Part shown: positions 31,561 to 42,408 of the stretch, one piece after another | Numbering within the stretch: the first letter of the stretch is position 1 | Layout: each line of letters opens with the position of its first letter | From: an uncultured delta proteobacterium | GTDB taxonomy: Bacteria > Desulfobacterota > Desulfobacteria > Desulfobacterales > Desulfatirhabdiaceae | DNA length: 64,000 bases | Direction: 5' to 3' | Assembly: GCA_963789395.1 (NCBI GenBank) | Contig: CAWBKP010000020.1 | Location: forward strand, 1-64,000 | Position numbers and translations under genes: made by a program | Notes under the pieces: model-generated | The model's input: only the letters and a program-made list of their open reading frames with translations | Databases searched by the model: none | What the model was told of the DNA's origin: nothing

Positions 31561-32817
31561 TTGAACCTTAAGGTAAAATCGGATAATGATCGTGGGGTGG
31601 TACTGTTTACGGCCATGATGTTCGTTTTGATAATGTCCATCATCGGCGCAGTGGCCTACGTGATTACGGCGAACGACTCGGCGACTGCTGTAAATCTTGA
31701 AGTTTCCAGAAAGGCATTTTACAGCGCCGATGCAGGGGCGCAGTATACGCTTGCCTGGATTCAAAAAGCACTGAAGGCAAACACAATGGTGCTTCCTCAA
31801 ACGGATGGGGCCGCTGTATCCCTGTCATCCTGCTTAATGCAGGCAGACCCGGACATCACCGATATTCGATTCGAATGCCTGCCGACAGACGCGCCCGTTT
31901 TAACCCGAATCGCCAAAAACGAGTACCAGTTCACGGTTCGTGGTTATGGGGCAAAAAATGCGGATGCAGACATCCGCGTTACCTTTAAAAACCGTTCCGC
32001 CCTCAGATTCGGGGCATTTGGCGATCAGGGGTTTACCGCGCCGGCGTATTTTAATTTTTATGGTTATGACAGCTCCGTCACATTGACGCCGGGCGGGGAT
32101 GACGGGACAAATTCGTGTGATATCGGCTCCAACCAGAGCGTGAATTTATCAGATAACACCGAAGTATACGGGCATATCGGGCTTGGCGGCAATGGAACGG
32201 TGGATGCGGTCTATAATCCATCCGGAAGCCCTGAGCCACAGATCCACGGGGAAGGCGATGCCGTCCGGACTCTCGGGCGGGTGGATCCAGACCCCTTGGG
32301 GGTTTCCACCGGCGTTTATGCGCAAAAATTTAATTATTTTCGTGTGTTCAGTGATAACGGTATCATTCCGTCAGACCTGTTGCTTGAAACCGGCCAAACC
32401 GTGACGTTGAGCGGAAGACCCGGCGGCGCCAACTACTATTTTACGAAAATTGAATTGAAGAGCGGTGCGGCCATGACGATCGACACTTCTGCAGGGCCGG
32501 TTACTATTTATCTGTCCGGAGAATTGAACGGAAAAAACGGGATGATCACCCATGCAGGCGGTGATCCCAAGAAGTTCGCCATTTTTTCAGACACCGCCGC
32601 GCCAGTATCATTATCGACTGCAAGCGCCTTTTATGGCGTTATCTATGCCCCGTATGCCTCCCTTGAAATAAATAACCACGAAGCGCTGTACGGCGCTATT
32701 CTTGCCGGAGCGGTTGAAGTGAAAAACGCCGGAAATTTTTATTTTGACAGGGCGCTGAAAGACAAATATTTGACACAGGATGTGGTCATGTCGTCATGGG
32801 TCGATGTTCGGAGATAG
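31561..32817 (+). CDS. pilX: PilX-like pilin with a large C-terminal beta-rich domain (cluster 1)
   Basis: DRG|VVLFTAMM without Glu5; KAFYSADAG PilX N-terminal motif; C-terminal FYGVIYAP...YGAILA. Confidence 0.72.
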   Translation: MNLKVKSDNDRGVVLFTAMMFVLIMSIIGAVAYVITANDSATAVNLEVSRKAFYSADAGAQYTLAWIQKALKANTMVLPQTDGAAVSLSSCLMQADPDITDIRFECLPTDAPVLTRIAKNEYQFTVRGYGAKNADADIRVTFKNRSALRFGAFGDQGFTAPAYFNFYGYDSSVTLTPGGDDGTNSCDIGSNQSVNLSDNTEVYGHIGLGGNGTVDAVYNPSGSPEPQIHGEGDAVRTLGRVDPDPLGVSTGVYAQKFNYFRVFSDNGIIPSDLLLETGQTVTLSGRPGGANYYFTKIELKSGAAMTIDTSAGPVTIYLSGELNGKNGMITHAGGDPKKFAIFSDTAAPVSLSTASAFYGVIYAPYASLEINNHEALYGAILAGAVEVKNAGNFYFDRALKDKYLTQDVVMSSWVDVRR

Positions 32818-32947
32818 CAGCCCACCTCCCTCACTAAAGCCCGTTTAAGACCACCGCTGACAATCGGTTGACATCCAACTCAGAAAAGGTCTATATTAAA
32901 CATCAAAAATGGTATCAATATCTATGCATAACCTGACAGGAGGCTTA

Positions 32948-33193
32948 ATGAATACTGTCCTGGCAAATATCACAGTAAGTGTTACCGAGCTCAAGCGCAA
33001 TTTTGCCGGCATTCTCAAGGACGCTGATAACAGTCCGGTAGCAATCCTCAATCACAATCGACCAGAGGCTTATCTGTTGCCTGCATCCCATTACGAACAG
33101 CTGATGGCTTACATAGAGGACATGGAAGACGCTGCGCTGGTGTGTGAACGTGGCAATGGCCCATTCGTCGAGGTCGATTTGGATGAGCTATAA
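32948..33193 (+). CDS. Phd/YefM (StbD-like) antitoxin
   Basis: SVTELKRN...PVAILNHNRPEAYLLP...YE.LM; overlaps the toxin start. Confidence 0.88.
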   Translation: MNTVLANITVSVTELKRNFAGILKDADNSPVAILNHNRPEAYLLPASHYEQLMAYIEDMEDAALVCERGNGPFVEVDLDEL

Positions 33194-33467
33194 GCTGCGC
33201 TTTCATGAACTCGCCCTTGATGAATGGCGCAAAATAGATGGCAGCGTGCGAGAACCATTAAAGAAAAAACTTGCTGAACGCTTGAAAAGCCCTCGTATTC
33301 CCTCTGCGGCTCTATCAGGTATGTCGAATTGCTACAAAATCAAAATGCGAAACACAGGGTATCGGTTGGTGTATCGCGTTGATGATGATATGGCGTTTGT
33401 GACAGTTATCGCCATAGGCAAGCGTGATAATCTTAAAGTGTATGACAAAGCAAAAACACGGTTGTGA
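33183..33467 (+). CDS. RelE/StbE-family toxin
   Basis: MSYKLRFHELALDEWRK...YKIKMRNTGYRLVYRV...V.VIAIGKR. Confidence 0.9.
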   Translation: MSYKLRFHELALDEWRKIDGSVREPLKKKLAERLKSPRIPSAALSGMSNCYKIKMRNTGYRLVYRVDDDMAFVTVIAIGKRDNLKVYDKAKTRL

Positions 33468-33521
33468 TGTCATCTCCGCTTCTTATCATTGAGTTTATAA
33501 AAATAGTCAAAGGAAGTTTAT

Positions 33522-33958
33522 ATGGCATTGATAAGAGTCAATCTTTCCCTTGAAAAAGAAGTTTGGATGTGCCTTTGATGCATTGGCTCCTAAAAGGAGT
33601 AAAAGTCGGATTATCAATCAGTTATTGAAGCAGGAAATTGATAAGTTGAACCATCAAAGAGAAATGGAAGTACTGGCTTCCGCTTTTAAACAGGCCGCAA
33701 ATGACAAAAAACGAAAAGAATCCCTTAAAGAATGGGAAAATATAGATTGCCCCGATTACTTCCATAATCGGAAAGTTGTATCCTTTTGAAATTTTTCTTA
33801 AAGCAGGCATTGGTGGCCTGGAATATGATTCAAAAATGATGCTGGATCAAATTCGAAGCATTGATAAACAAAGATTCATCAGAAAGCTGGGCTGTGTCGA
33901 CAAGTTGCTTTTAGTCGAAGCTTGCACAATTGCCCAAAAATTAATTGCAGTAAGATAA
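33522..33958 (+). pseudogene. Degenerate MazEF/PemIK-like TA locus (antitoxin joined to the C-terminal half of the toxin)
   Basis: RHH-like MALIRVNLSL...KSRIINQLL; from about 33746 another frame reads IAPITS...YPFEI...GL..DSK...DQIRSIDK.R....G (MazF C-half); toxin N-terminus absent. Confidence 0.72.
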
Positions 33959-34647
33959 TAACCGAGGATGGAAATTGACATTCAAACCGCTGTGATGGTT
34001 GCCAAATCATCTCAAAAAGAACACAGATCATCCCCGCGCCAATAAAGCTCCCCCACGATAAGTAATCCTGGAAACTCGATTCCCCTGCAACAAGCAGGCA
34101 AGATGCCAGCGCTGCCAGATGCAAATATAGTCGCAAAACTATAGATGCGAATCCTGCATATGCCAACAAGACAACCAAACAGCTTGCCGGAGACGTCCCA
34201 AGACGTTGCCGAATTCTTAGAGAGCTTGGCCTGATTCGTAAGCTTCTTAAACAAAATCGCTATCGCGTTACTTTGAGAGACTTTCAAATTGCGAAATCGA
34301 TCCTGGTTGTATTCACTGCATCTATCTATAAGCTTACAAAAATTGCTCCGCAAAAATGCTCTTTTTTCGAGTAGATAAATGTGATTCAGGCATATTTCGA
34401 AGAAATTAGAAAACTAGGAGATACCGGAATAATGTTTCCTGAAAAATGTCAAGATTAGAACAAATTATGTTCCAAAGCACAGAATAGCTTTGTCATGTTA
34501 TTGGGGTGTTTACCAAAGCAGATATGAAAATAGTTTGAATTCTGCCACCTGGATATTTTCAAAATAGCTATAATTATAAGATATTTTAATTAAATCTGCA
34601 CAAATAGGACCTGTTTTAATAATTAATCCGGCATTGATCTATAATTA

Positions 34648-34663
34648 TGGCATGATATTTGCA
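34648..34663 (+). promoter_or_regulatory. Sigma-54 promoter of pilin cluster 2
   Basis: TGGCAT-GATAT-TTGCA, 30 bp upstream of ATG 34694, preceded by AT-rich DNA. Confidence 0.75.
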
Positions 34664-34693
34664 ATAAAATAATGCAATTTCAAGGAGAAAACA

Positions 34694-35145
34694 ATGAAAC
34701 GACAAGCCGGTTTTTCGCTTATTGAGCTGATGACTGTTATTGCCATTATTGGTATTCTTGCCGCAATTGCCACGCCCAACGTTTTTACCTGGGTGGCCAA
34801 CCAGAGATTTAACAGCGCGGTCCGGGATGTTGAGGCCTCTGTCCAGTCCATGCGATTGTTTGCAGTAAAACAAAACGCCCAGGCGACCATAACATTTACC
34901 AACGGCGCAAACACCTATCAGACCGATAAATGGAAACGCGGTTTGGGTAGCGGGACTGCTGCGCACGAGATAAAAACCCAGACGCTGCCGAGCGGAGTGA
35001 CGGTTTCTTCGAATTTTGCCGGCGGCGAGTTGATATTTAACAGTCAAGGGAATGGCCACCACGGCCGGAACAATAACCGTCACACGGGCACGGGAAATCC
35101 CTTAATATCATTGTCTCCTTAAATGGAAGCGCCAAGATTGGATAA
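34694..35145 (+). CDS. fimT: FimT/FimU-like minor pilin (cluster 2); frameshift near 35050-35100
   Basis: QAG|FSLIELMTVIAIIGILAAIA.P; IFNSQG; alternative frame ends IIVSLNGSAKIG-TAA at 35145; RBS AAGGAG. Confidence 0.75.
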
Positions 35146-35180
35146 ATTTTACTATATTTCTTAGAGTTGGAAGACAAATC

Positions 35181-35842
35181 ATGTCAAAAAACAGTGGATT
35201 CTCACTCATCGAACTTCTGGTCGCGATGGCGATTCGTGCAATTGTCATGGCAGCCATTTTTTTGGCATACAAAGTCCAGGTGACAGGCAAAATCAGTCAG
35301 GAAAACACCCTCGACATGAACCAGGGTACCCGCGCCGGTCTCGAGCTGATGGCTTCCGATTTACGGATTGCCGGTTGTGATCCCACCGGAAACGCGGCTG
35401 CCGGATTTAAAACCGCGACTTCCACAGCTTTAGAAGTTACCATGGATATCAGCGGCGGGGGAAATACCGGAAATGAATTTGACGGCGTCATCAATCAACC
35501 AGGTGAAGACGTCCGGTACACTTTAACCGCCGGCAATATTATGCGGGAAAGAGTCGGCACCGACCCGGCAGGAGGGTTCCCGCTGGTCAGCAATGTGGAT
35601 GCGCTGAATTTTGTTTATCTGGATAAGAACAATGCCCCAACGGCGGATTTAACAGCCATCAAAAGCGTTCAAGTCTCTATCGTGATCCATTCGCCGAAGC
35701 GCAGGATTGACGCCCAACCTATACGAACAATAATTCTTATCTCAACCAGCAGGGGACTCAAATTTTAGCGCCTCCGAACGACACATTACGCCGGATCGAG
35801 TTGTCTACAACCGTCCAGTGCCGGAATATGGGCGGATATTAA
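35181..35842 (+). CDS. pilW: PilW-like minor pilin (cluster 2); frameshift(s) near 35700-35780
   Basis: NSG|FSLIELLVAM; R.GLELM.SDLRIAG; alternative frame ends LSTTVQCRNMGGY-TAA. Confidence 0.72.
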
Positions 35843-35859
35843 ACATAAAGGACAATGCT

Positions 35860-36323
35860 ATGAACTACAGGCCGGTTAATCGCATGAACGATCAGGCAGG
35901 GTTCACCCTTATCGAGGTGCTCATCGCATTAGCTGTTTTTTCCATCGGATTCATGGCGGTCGGTGCGCTGCAAACAAAAGCGCTGACAACAGTGACGTCT
36001 TCACAAACGAAGACCCTCGGCATGCAAGCCTTAAACGCACAGGTTGAACTGCTGAAGCAGACGCCGTTGTATGCGACCGATATCTGGCGTGGGGGGCTTT
36101 TGTCATGTCCGGTTTATTTGCTGCGCCGGTTCCAGTGGTAAACGGTGAATTTACGGTTTCCTGGCTCACCAGTAATCCGCGAACGATTCCAAACAGATGG
36201 ACGCTTGCGCCCGCCAATCTTGTGATTTCCCAAGATGTAACGGTTACCCTTGCCAGGACTGCGGAACCAGGTAAAATCCTTAATACCGTGGAGTTTGTCA
36301 AATACTGGGTAACTGACAATTAA
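35860..36323 (+). CDS. pilV: PilV-like minor pilin (cluster 2); frameshift near 36095
   Basis: QAG|FTLIEVLIALAVFSIG; continues in ORF 36105..36323. Confidence 0.7.
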
Positions 36324-36363
36324 TTAAAAGCTTTATTTTTAAAAGAAAATATAGGGACCTTGC

Positions 36364-37065
36364 ATGCGACATTTATTTTTGACAGCCTGGCGCAAAATAA
36401 GAAAACAGATTGAAAGACCGCTGCAAAATCAGGACGGTTCGGTGATTCTGGTTGCCTTGATACTCCTTTTGGCCATGAGCATCATCGGGTTTTCAGCAGG
36501 CCAAACGTCGATATCAGAATCCTACATTCTCCGCAACACGGCCATTCATACCCAGAACATCAGTCTTTTGGAGTCTGCTGCGTTATCGTTAGCCGAAAGG
36601 GTGCTCATTGATATCCCTGATCCGGCGGCGCCCTTCCTGTCGCAAAGTTCATCCATTCGGGAATCTTATATCATCAGAACGGCGGACTGGAATGACCCGG
36701 GACTAAATGACGGTATCAGCTTAAATGACGTCTGGTATAATGCCGGCGCAGGCGGCGCCGGCCGGGTGCTGTCATCAGCAGATGGGACCACGTTTCCGCA
36801 ATGGGTAGCGCCCGCGCAATGGGTACCCCCCGTGGGGACGCCCGATTCCAATTGCCTCAATAATTTATCATTGATTTATAATACCAGAGGGGAGGCGCCG
36901 GCCATCGCCCCGATGCGAGTGGCGCTTGTCGGCTGGGTGTCAGCCCCGGGAAGTTCCCTGAAAGGCACCAAAGCCACGCCAAAAGTAGGCACGGTGATGG
37001 CTGAGTATGTTTCTCCCGATAACGGCATGATGCGGCTGGTAGTTGGTATTCGACGCGAGTTTTGA
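36364..37065 (+). CDS. pilX: PilX-like minor pilin (cluster 2)
   Basis: QDG|SVILVALILLLAMSIIG without Glu5; E..I.RN motif; lies just upstream of PilY1. Confidence 0.7.
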   Translation: MRHLFLTAWRKIRKQIERPLQNQDGSVILVALILLLAMSIIGFSAGQTSISESYILRNTAIHTQNISLLESAALSLAERVLIDIPDPAAPFLSQSSSIRESYIIRTADWNDPGLNDGISLNDVWYNAGAGGAGRVLSSADGTTFPQWVAPAQWVPPVGTPDSNCLNNLSLIYNTRGEAPAIAPMRVALVGWVSAPGSSLKGTKATPKVGTVMAEYVSPDNGMMRLVVGIRREF

Positions 37066-37088
37066 ACTTATTAAAAGGCAGGTAAAAT

Positions 37089-40000
37089 ATGAGGTTGGAA
37101 TCAATTCGTCGTCTTAGATGCGCCCGGTTGTTTGCATGGGCATTATGCTATACCTTGATATTTACCGGCAGCGGTCCAGCATGGGCGGGGGTCTGCAGCA
37201 CGGCGGACCTGGCCGATGTTCCCCTGGAGCTGATGAACGGCAGCGTGAAAGTGCCGTCGATTCTGATGATTTCCCTGGATAATTCGGATACCATGGATTA
37301 CGATGTCATGACCAATGCAAATACCGCCACAAATGGATTTACCATCGGCGGAACTGAGTACGATTATGTGTTCACCGGCGCAAATGCTACCGGTGGTACC
37401 GCCATAGAAGGGGTTGCCGCGGTCAGAAATGCCTGGCAGTCCCAGTGCCACTTGTATAATAAGATGTTTTTCAATCCTTCTGTGACCTATACGCCGTGGC
37501 CGACCGTTGCCGGAATGGGTTTTACCGAAACCGACTCGAACGTGAATACCCCGAAGTGGGACCCCCGAAACGGGGGCAGCGGCTCATACGACTTGACACA
37601 GCCCTGGGGGGGAACAGGGGCGACGATACAATATACAACAACAGGTACTGCCGACCCAACGGTCATTATAAATCTTTCCAACTTCAATCCTGGATCTGGT
37701 ACCTGGGTGTCAGGCACCTATACTTACCCCCAGGACCCCTCTTACAATGCCGGCTATTATACGACTGGCACGTATGCAGCCGGCAGTACCGCCATCGATT
37801 TTACATTTACCGCGTCGAATCAGGTCACGTCAGGTATTAACAGTTCAGTTGACTATGACGTGTATGCCAGGTGGCCGCCATCAGGTTGCGGCGCCGCTGT
37901 CACCTATCAAATCGCCAATGCGGGGACCGTTCTCTTTATCGGGTCCATAAACCAAAGCACGCCAACCAATGGGAGCTGGGTGCAACTGAATCCCGCAACC
38001 ACCCCCTACAAATTTACGAGCGGCACGGCAACAGCTTCGGTGAGCCAGACCTATCCAGTTGCAAAAAATAAATCATTTACCTTCGGTTGTTCCGCCACGA
38101 ACCCGATGTACGCGGCCCAAGTTAAATTTGTGCCGCGAGGACCAAGCTACACCCTCACCCGCCGGCATTTTTATATGGTCAGCACGGACGCTGGTACCAG
38201 CGGGGTCCCCTACCTGATAGACATTAACGATGCGAATACCGCCCATTTTTTCAAGCTCGTCGACGCCAACACCAATGGCATTGGCGACCCCGGCGAATAC
38301 CAGATGGTCACATATGCCGAACTGCCGTCGAATGTCAAGGCGCTAATCCCCGCGCCTGCGGCCAACGCGTATTCGACCCTGCTCCAGAGTTATGCCAACT
38401 GGGTGACCTATGGCCGCAAACGCATATCCGCTGCCATAAATGCCGTGGCGATGCTGGTCACGGGCAGTTCATTCACCAATATGCTGGTGGGCATGCTGAC
38501 CAGCCCCCCGAGCAGCCAGACGGGTAAAATCGGACCCGTATGGATCAAAACGACGTTCAACAGTATTTACTATGACATGACCGCAAATTTTTTAACAAGC
38601 CTCTATACCCTCCCCGATCCCCATTCAAACCGCGGGTTTTCCGAGGACATCACGGATCTTGGTGATTACATTAAGAAAAACGGTGGCACAATTGCCAACA
38701 ACAACGACAAAGTTTATATCACCACTCCGGGGTATGCCAGCAAAACCACCTATCCTTATTTTCTTGAAAAATATGGCGGAAGCTGCCAGGCAGCCTATGC
38801 CCTGATGATTACAGACGGCGCCAGCCCGAGTACTGCAAGCATCAAGAATTATGACGGCGGGGCGATAATCGGCTGCGGGCCTTATAACTGCGGCATATTC
38901 GGCGACAGCTTTGAGAAGACGGCCGCGGACGGCGCCATGCAATTTTATGCGGCGGATTTGAACGCCAGTTTAAGCAATAATGTGCCCACCAATTATATTG
39001 ACAAAAACTCCATGCAGCACATGGTTACTTACGCGTTGACCTTTGGTGCGAGCGGTCCGCTGTATAAAGCCAATCCCACTTTTAATGCGCTTGTCTGCAG
39101 CAACTCCGGGGAATACCTGCATGGCGGGCGCTACATGCCCGACATGGACGAACCCCGGAAGCGGCGGCAGCGTTCTGGATGACCTCTGGCATGCCACGGT
39201 CAACGGCCGGGGATTATTCATGTATGCGGACAATCCCCAGCAACTGCTGCAGCAACTGCTGTTGATCAAGGCCGATATTGACCGCCGGACGGGAACAGCC
39301 GCCGCGGTCACCACGAACTCGGTCCAGCGACAGGTCGGCACCAAGATTTACCAGGGAATGTATAACTCCGAAACCTGGTGGGGCGATCTGATTGCCATGC
39401 CCATGGATGTGGCAACCGGCGGGGTCGGCATACAGCAATGGTCGGCCAGGGATCAGTTGACGCCAAAGATTATACCACCCGGAAAGTATTCACCGCCTAT
39501 GCAGGAGCGGGGGATGGACGTTTAACACCACAAACGCCGGCCACTATTCGCTCGCAGCCGATCAGGTGAACTATATCCTGGGCGATGATTCCAATGAACA
39601 ACCCAGTGCGGCATTTTCCGGAAGCGGCTTTATAAAGATGCCAACAATGTGGTGCATCATTATAAACTCGGTGATATCGCTCACTCCGAGACCGTATTAT
39701 TATAACGGAGTGGTTTATATCGGCGCCAATGACGGCATGCTGCACGCATTTGATTCGGAAACCGGAAACGAATTGTTCGCCTATATCCCGAGCGGTTCAG
39801 AACAACCTGTGGCAGCTGACTGACCCTGGTTTTGCGAATAGCCACATCATGTATGTCGACGGCTCCCCTAGTGTTTCGACGAATCTGGCCGGCGACCGTG
39901 ACGTATCTGGCCTGCGGACTCGGCAAGGGCGGCAAAGGGGTTTTCTGCCTGAAGGTCGATAAAGCAGAAAGCTCGTCAGTTTCCGCATCGGATATTTTTA

Positions 40001-41159
40001 ACTGGGAATATAATGCGCAAAATCATCCAGCGGATACCGAACTGGGGTATGTCTACGGTCAGGCATATGTGGCCCGGACTAACAGCGGGCAGACGGTGGT
40101 GATTTTCGGCAACGGGTATGCAAGCACGTCCCAAAAGTCAGCTCTGTATATTCTGAACGCCGTTAACGGGCAGGTAATCAGGAAATTTGATACCGGTCGT
40201 TGTCAGGCTGCAACGGGATGTCTTCGCCGGCGTTGATCGATTATAATGCCGATGGTATCATCGATTATGTCTATGCCGGGGATTTAAAGGGCAATCTCTG
40301 GAAATTTGACCTGACAAGCAGCAATTCGGGTAACTGGACTATTTCTTATGGCGGAAATCCCCTGTTTATGGCATGGGATGCTACCGGCAACCCTCAACCG
40401 ATCACAAGCGAACCCGATGTCATGCGGCAGTGTAAGACAACGCTCACCGGCACAAATGTGCTTTTCGGCACCGGTCAATATTTAGGCGTTCCGGATTTGA
40501 GCAGTAGCCAATCTCAGGCCATCTACGGCATTTACGACTGGGCGTTTGATTTGCAGGCGGCATCTGTTAGTCCGGCGAGTTACTACCTGGGTCATTTTAT
40601 GCCCGGCGGCGCGCTCTCACATGTTCCGATCCCTGCGGGAGCTTCCGCCAAGCCCAAGCTGCTGGAGCAGACCTTGGTGGAAGATGCCGACAATTACAGA
40701 CTGCTGTCCAGCAACGCGATGACTTATTACGATCCCCACGTTGCCTCTCAGACGTGGCAAACCTATGTGGGATGGTATTTTTTGTTGCCGGGGGCATCCG
40801 AGCGCGTGGTTCAGGACGTTCTTATCCGTGACAAAATTGTGTATGTTGTTTCCAATACCCTCAATGCATCATTGTGCTCAGGCGGCGGCGGAAGTTATAT
40901 TTATGCACTTGATGCCTGCAACGGCGGGACTTCGGGTGCTCCGCAGTTTGAAATTAGCGGTGACAACGTGCTCGATTCAAACGACAATGCGGTGTTTAGC
41001 ACCCCCGCTCCGCCAACCGCAATGTATTTTGATACAACAATGTATGCCCCGTTTGCTCTGGATAACTTTTTATACATTCCTGATACGTTTGGCAATCTCA
41101 ATGGCATACAGATAAAATCCAAACCGTCCGGGATGTATTACTGGCGGATAATAGAATAA
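37089..41159 (+). CDS. pilY1: PilY1/PilC type IV pilus tip adhesin; several frameshifts between about 39100 and 40200
   Basis: Signal peptide; LADVPL...LDNS; LDDLWHATVNGRG; W.GDL.A; VYIGANDGMLHAFD..TG.ELFAYIP; YVDGSP; VIFGNGY; Ca-binding DYNADGIIDYVYAGDLKGNLWKFD; FGTGQY; final W. Confidence 0.85.
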
Positions 41160-41222
41160 ACGTGTTTCATGTTCTCCCGCATTTGGCGGGGGAACAAGAA
41201 TAAACGATTTGGGAGAGCGTAA

Positions 41223-41882
41223 ATGAATCGATCTGTATGGATACTTATCTGTGCGTTGCTGTTCATGACGACGCAAGCCGGTATGGCCGGAGAAATTTAC
41301 AAGTACACGGATAAAAGCGGCAACCGGATATTTACGGATGATATTTCAAAGGTTCCCAAAGAACGCCAAGCGGAAATGAAAACGATTCAATCCATTGATT
41401 CAGCCCCCTCAGTGGTAACTCAAGACCAAACGAGTGCTCTTGAGTCTTCCCGGCAGCCGGATTCAATATCTACGGAAGGCGCGCGGACGCCTTCAGATGA
41501 AACCACAGGCGAAACCGGACAGGACGGTCAAACGAAGAACACGTCTTTGGTGCCGGACCAATCAAAATCTCAGGAAGCGCTGAAAGCATCGGAATACCAG
41601 ACTTTGAGAGACCAGTTTGAAAAGGAAAAAAAGCGATTAGATCAGCAGGCGATCCAGTTGCAAACGGAGAAGGAACAGTTAAGCGATACAGATTTGAAAA
41701 ACATGACCAAAAAGGAGATAGATGAGTTAGAGGAAAAGCAAACAAATTTAAATGCTCGAATCGACCAGTTAAAAATTGATCAAAGCCAATTATTAGAACG
41801 GGTGCGCCAGTTTAATGAACGCATCAAAATCAGGCAGACGGGAAAACCGGAACAAACCAACAATTCGTCCCCGAATACGTGA
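41223..41882 (+). CDS. DUF4124-like secreted protein with a coiled-coil tail
   Basis: Signal peptide then IYKYTDKSGNRIFTDD...VP; Glu/Gln/Lys-rich helical C-terminus. Confidence 0.75.
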   Translation: MNRSVWILICALLFMTTQAGMAGEIYKYTDKSGNRIFTDDISKVPKERQAEMKTIQSIDSAPSVVTQDQTSALESSRQPDSISTEGARTPSDETTGETGQDGQTKNTSLVPDQSKSQEALKASEYQTLRDQFEKEKKRLDQQAIQLQTEKEQLSDTDLKNMTKKEIDELEEKQTNLNARIDQLKIDQSQLLERVRQFNERIKIRQTGKPEQTNNSSPNT

Positions 41883-42138
41883 TCCAAGGTTCATCTGCGA
41901 AGGGATGGCCGGTAAAATTCGCGTCGATAGGCGGACGCTTTTGACACCGGCCTGAAAAAGCAACTGGCTCCGCCGCCTCAACCTCCCAAACTATTATCCC
42001 CTTAAGCCCGGCCTGACGCCACAAAAATCAGCTGCACTGCATTACTCATCCGAATCCGCAAGCTTCTATCTATTCTCGAGTGTTTATGAGAGATTGTCAT
42101 CAATCTCATTTCAGCTTGATTTTTCTCTTTATGTTGTG

Positions 42139-42159
42139 TTACACGTAAATTACGTGTAA
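42139..42159. promoter_or_regulatory. Perfect palindromic operator upstream of a TA operon
   Basis: TTACACGTAA-A-TTACGTGTAA directly before the RBS AAGGAGG. Confidence 0.65.
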
Positions 42160-42174
42160 TAAGGAGGTTGTACC

Positions 42175-42408
42175 TTGAAACAAAATATTACCATCAGTCT
42201 TGATAAGGATCTGATCCAGGCCGGTAAGGTGATCGCCGCACAGCAGGGGACTTCACTGAATCGAATGTTACGTATGGAACTGGAAAGAATCATCCGGAAT
42301 TTGAGGCAATACGACATGGCGAAACAGAGGGCTATCGCTGCAATGAAGAAAGGCTTTCATTCAGGGACGGCCTGCTACCCTTCCAGGGACGAGCTTCATG
42401 AACGATAG
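42175..42408 (+). CDS. RHH/CopG-like antitoxin (VapB-type)
   Basis: KQNITISLD..LI....IAA..GTSL; ends SRDELHER overlapping the PIN gene; TTG start with AAGGAGG. Confidence 0.8.
   Translation: MKQNITISLDKDLIQAGKVIAAQQGTSLNRMLRMELERIIRNLRQYDMAKQRAIAAMKKGFHSGTACYPSRDELHER

Noticed and set aside
33879..34353. Two minus-strand ORFs as a membrane protein gene
   Set aside because: No family motifs, no clear RBS, and partial overlap with the MazF remnant.
32818..34600. Integron cassette array explaining the TA genes
   Set aside because: No integron integrase and no recognisable attC-like RYYYAAC...GTTRRRY structures found by eye.
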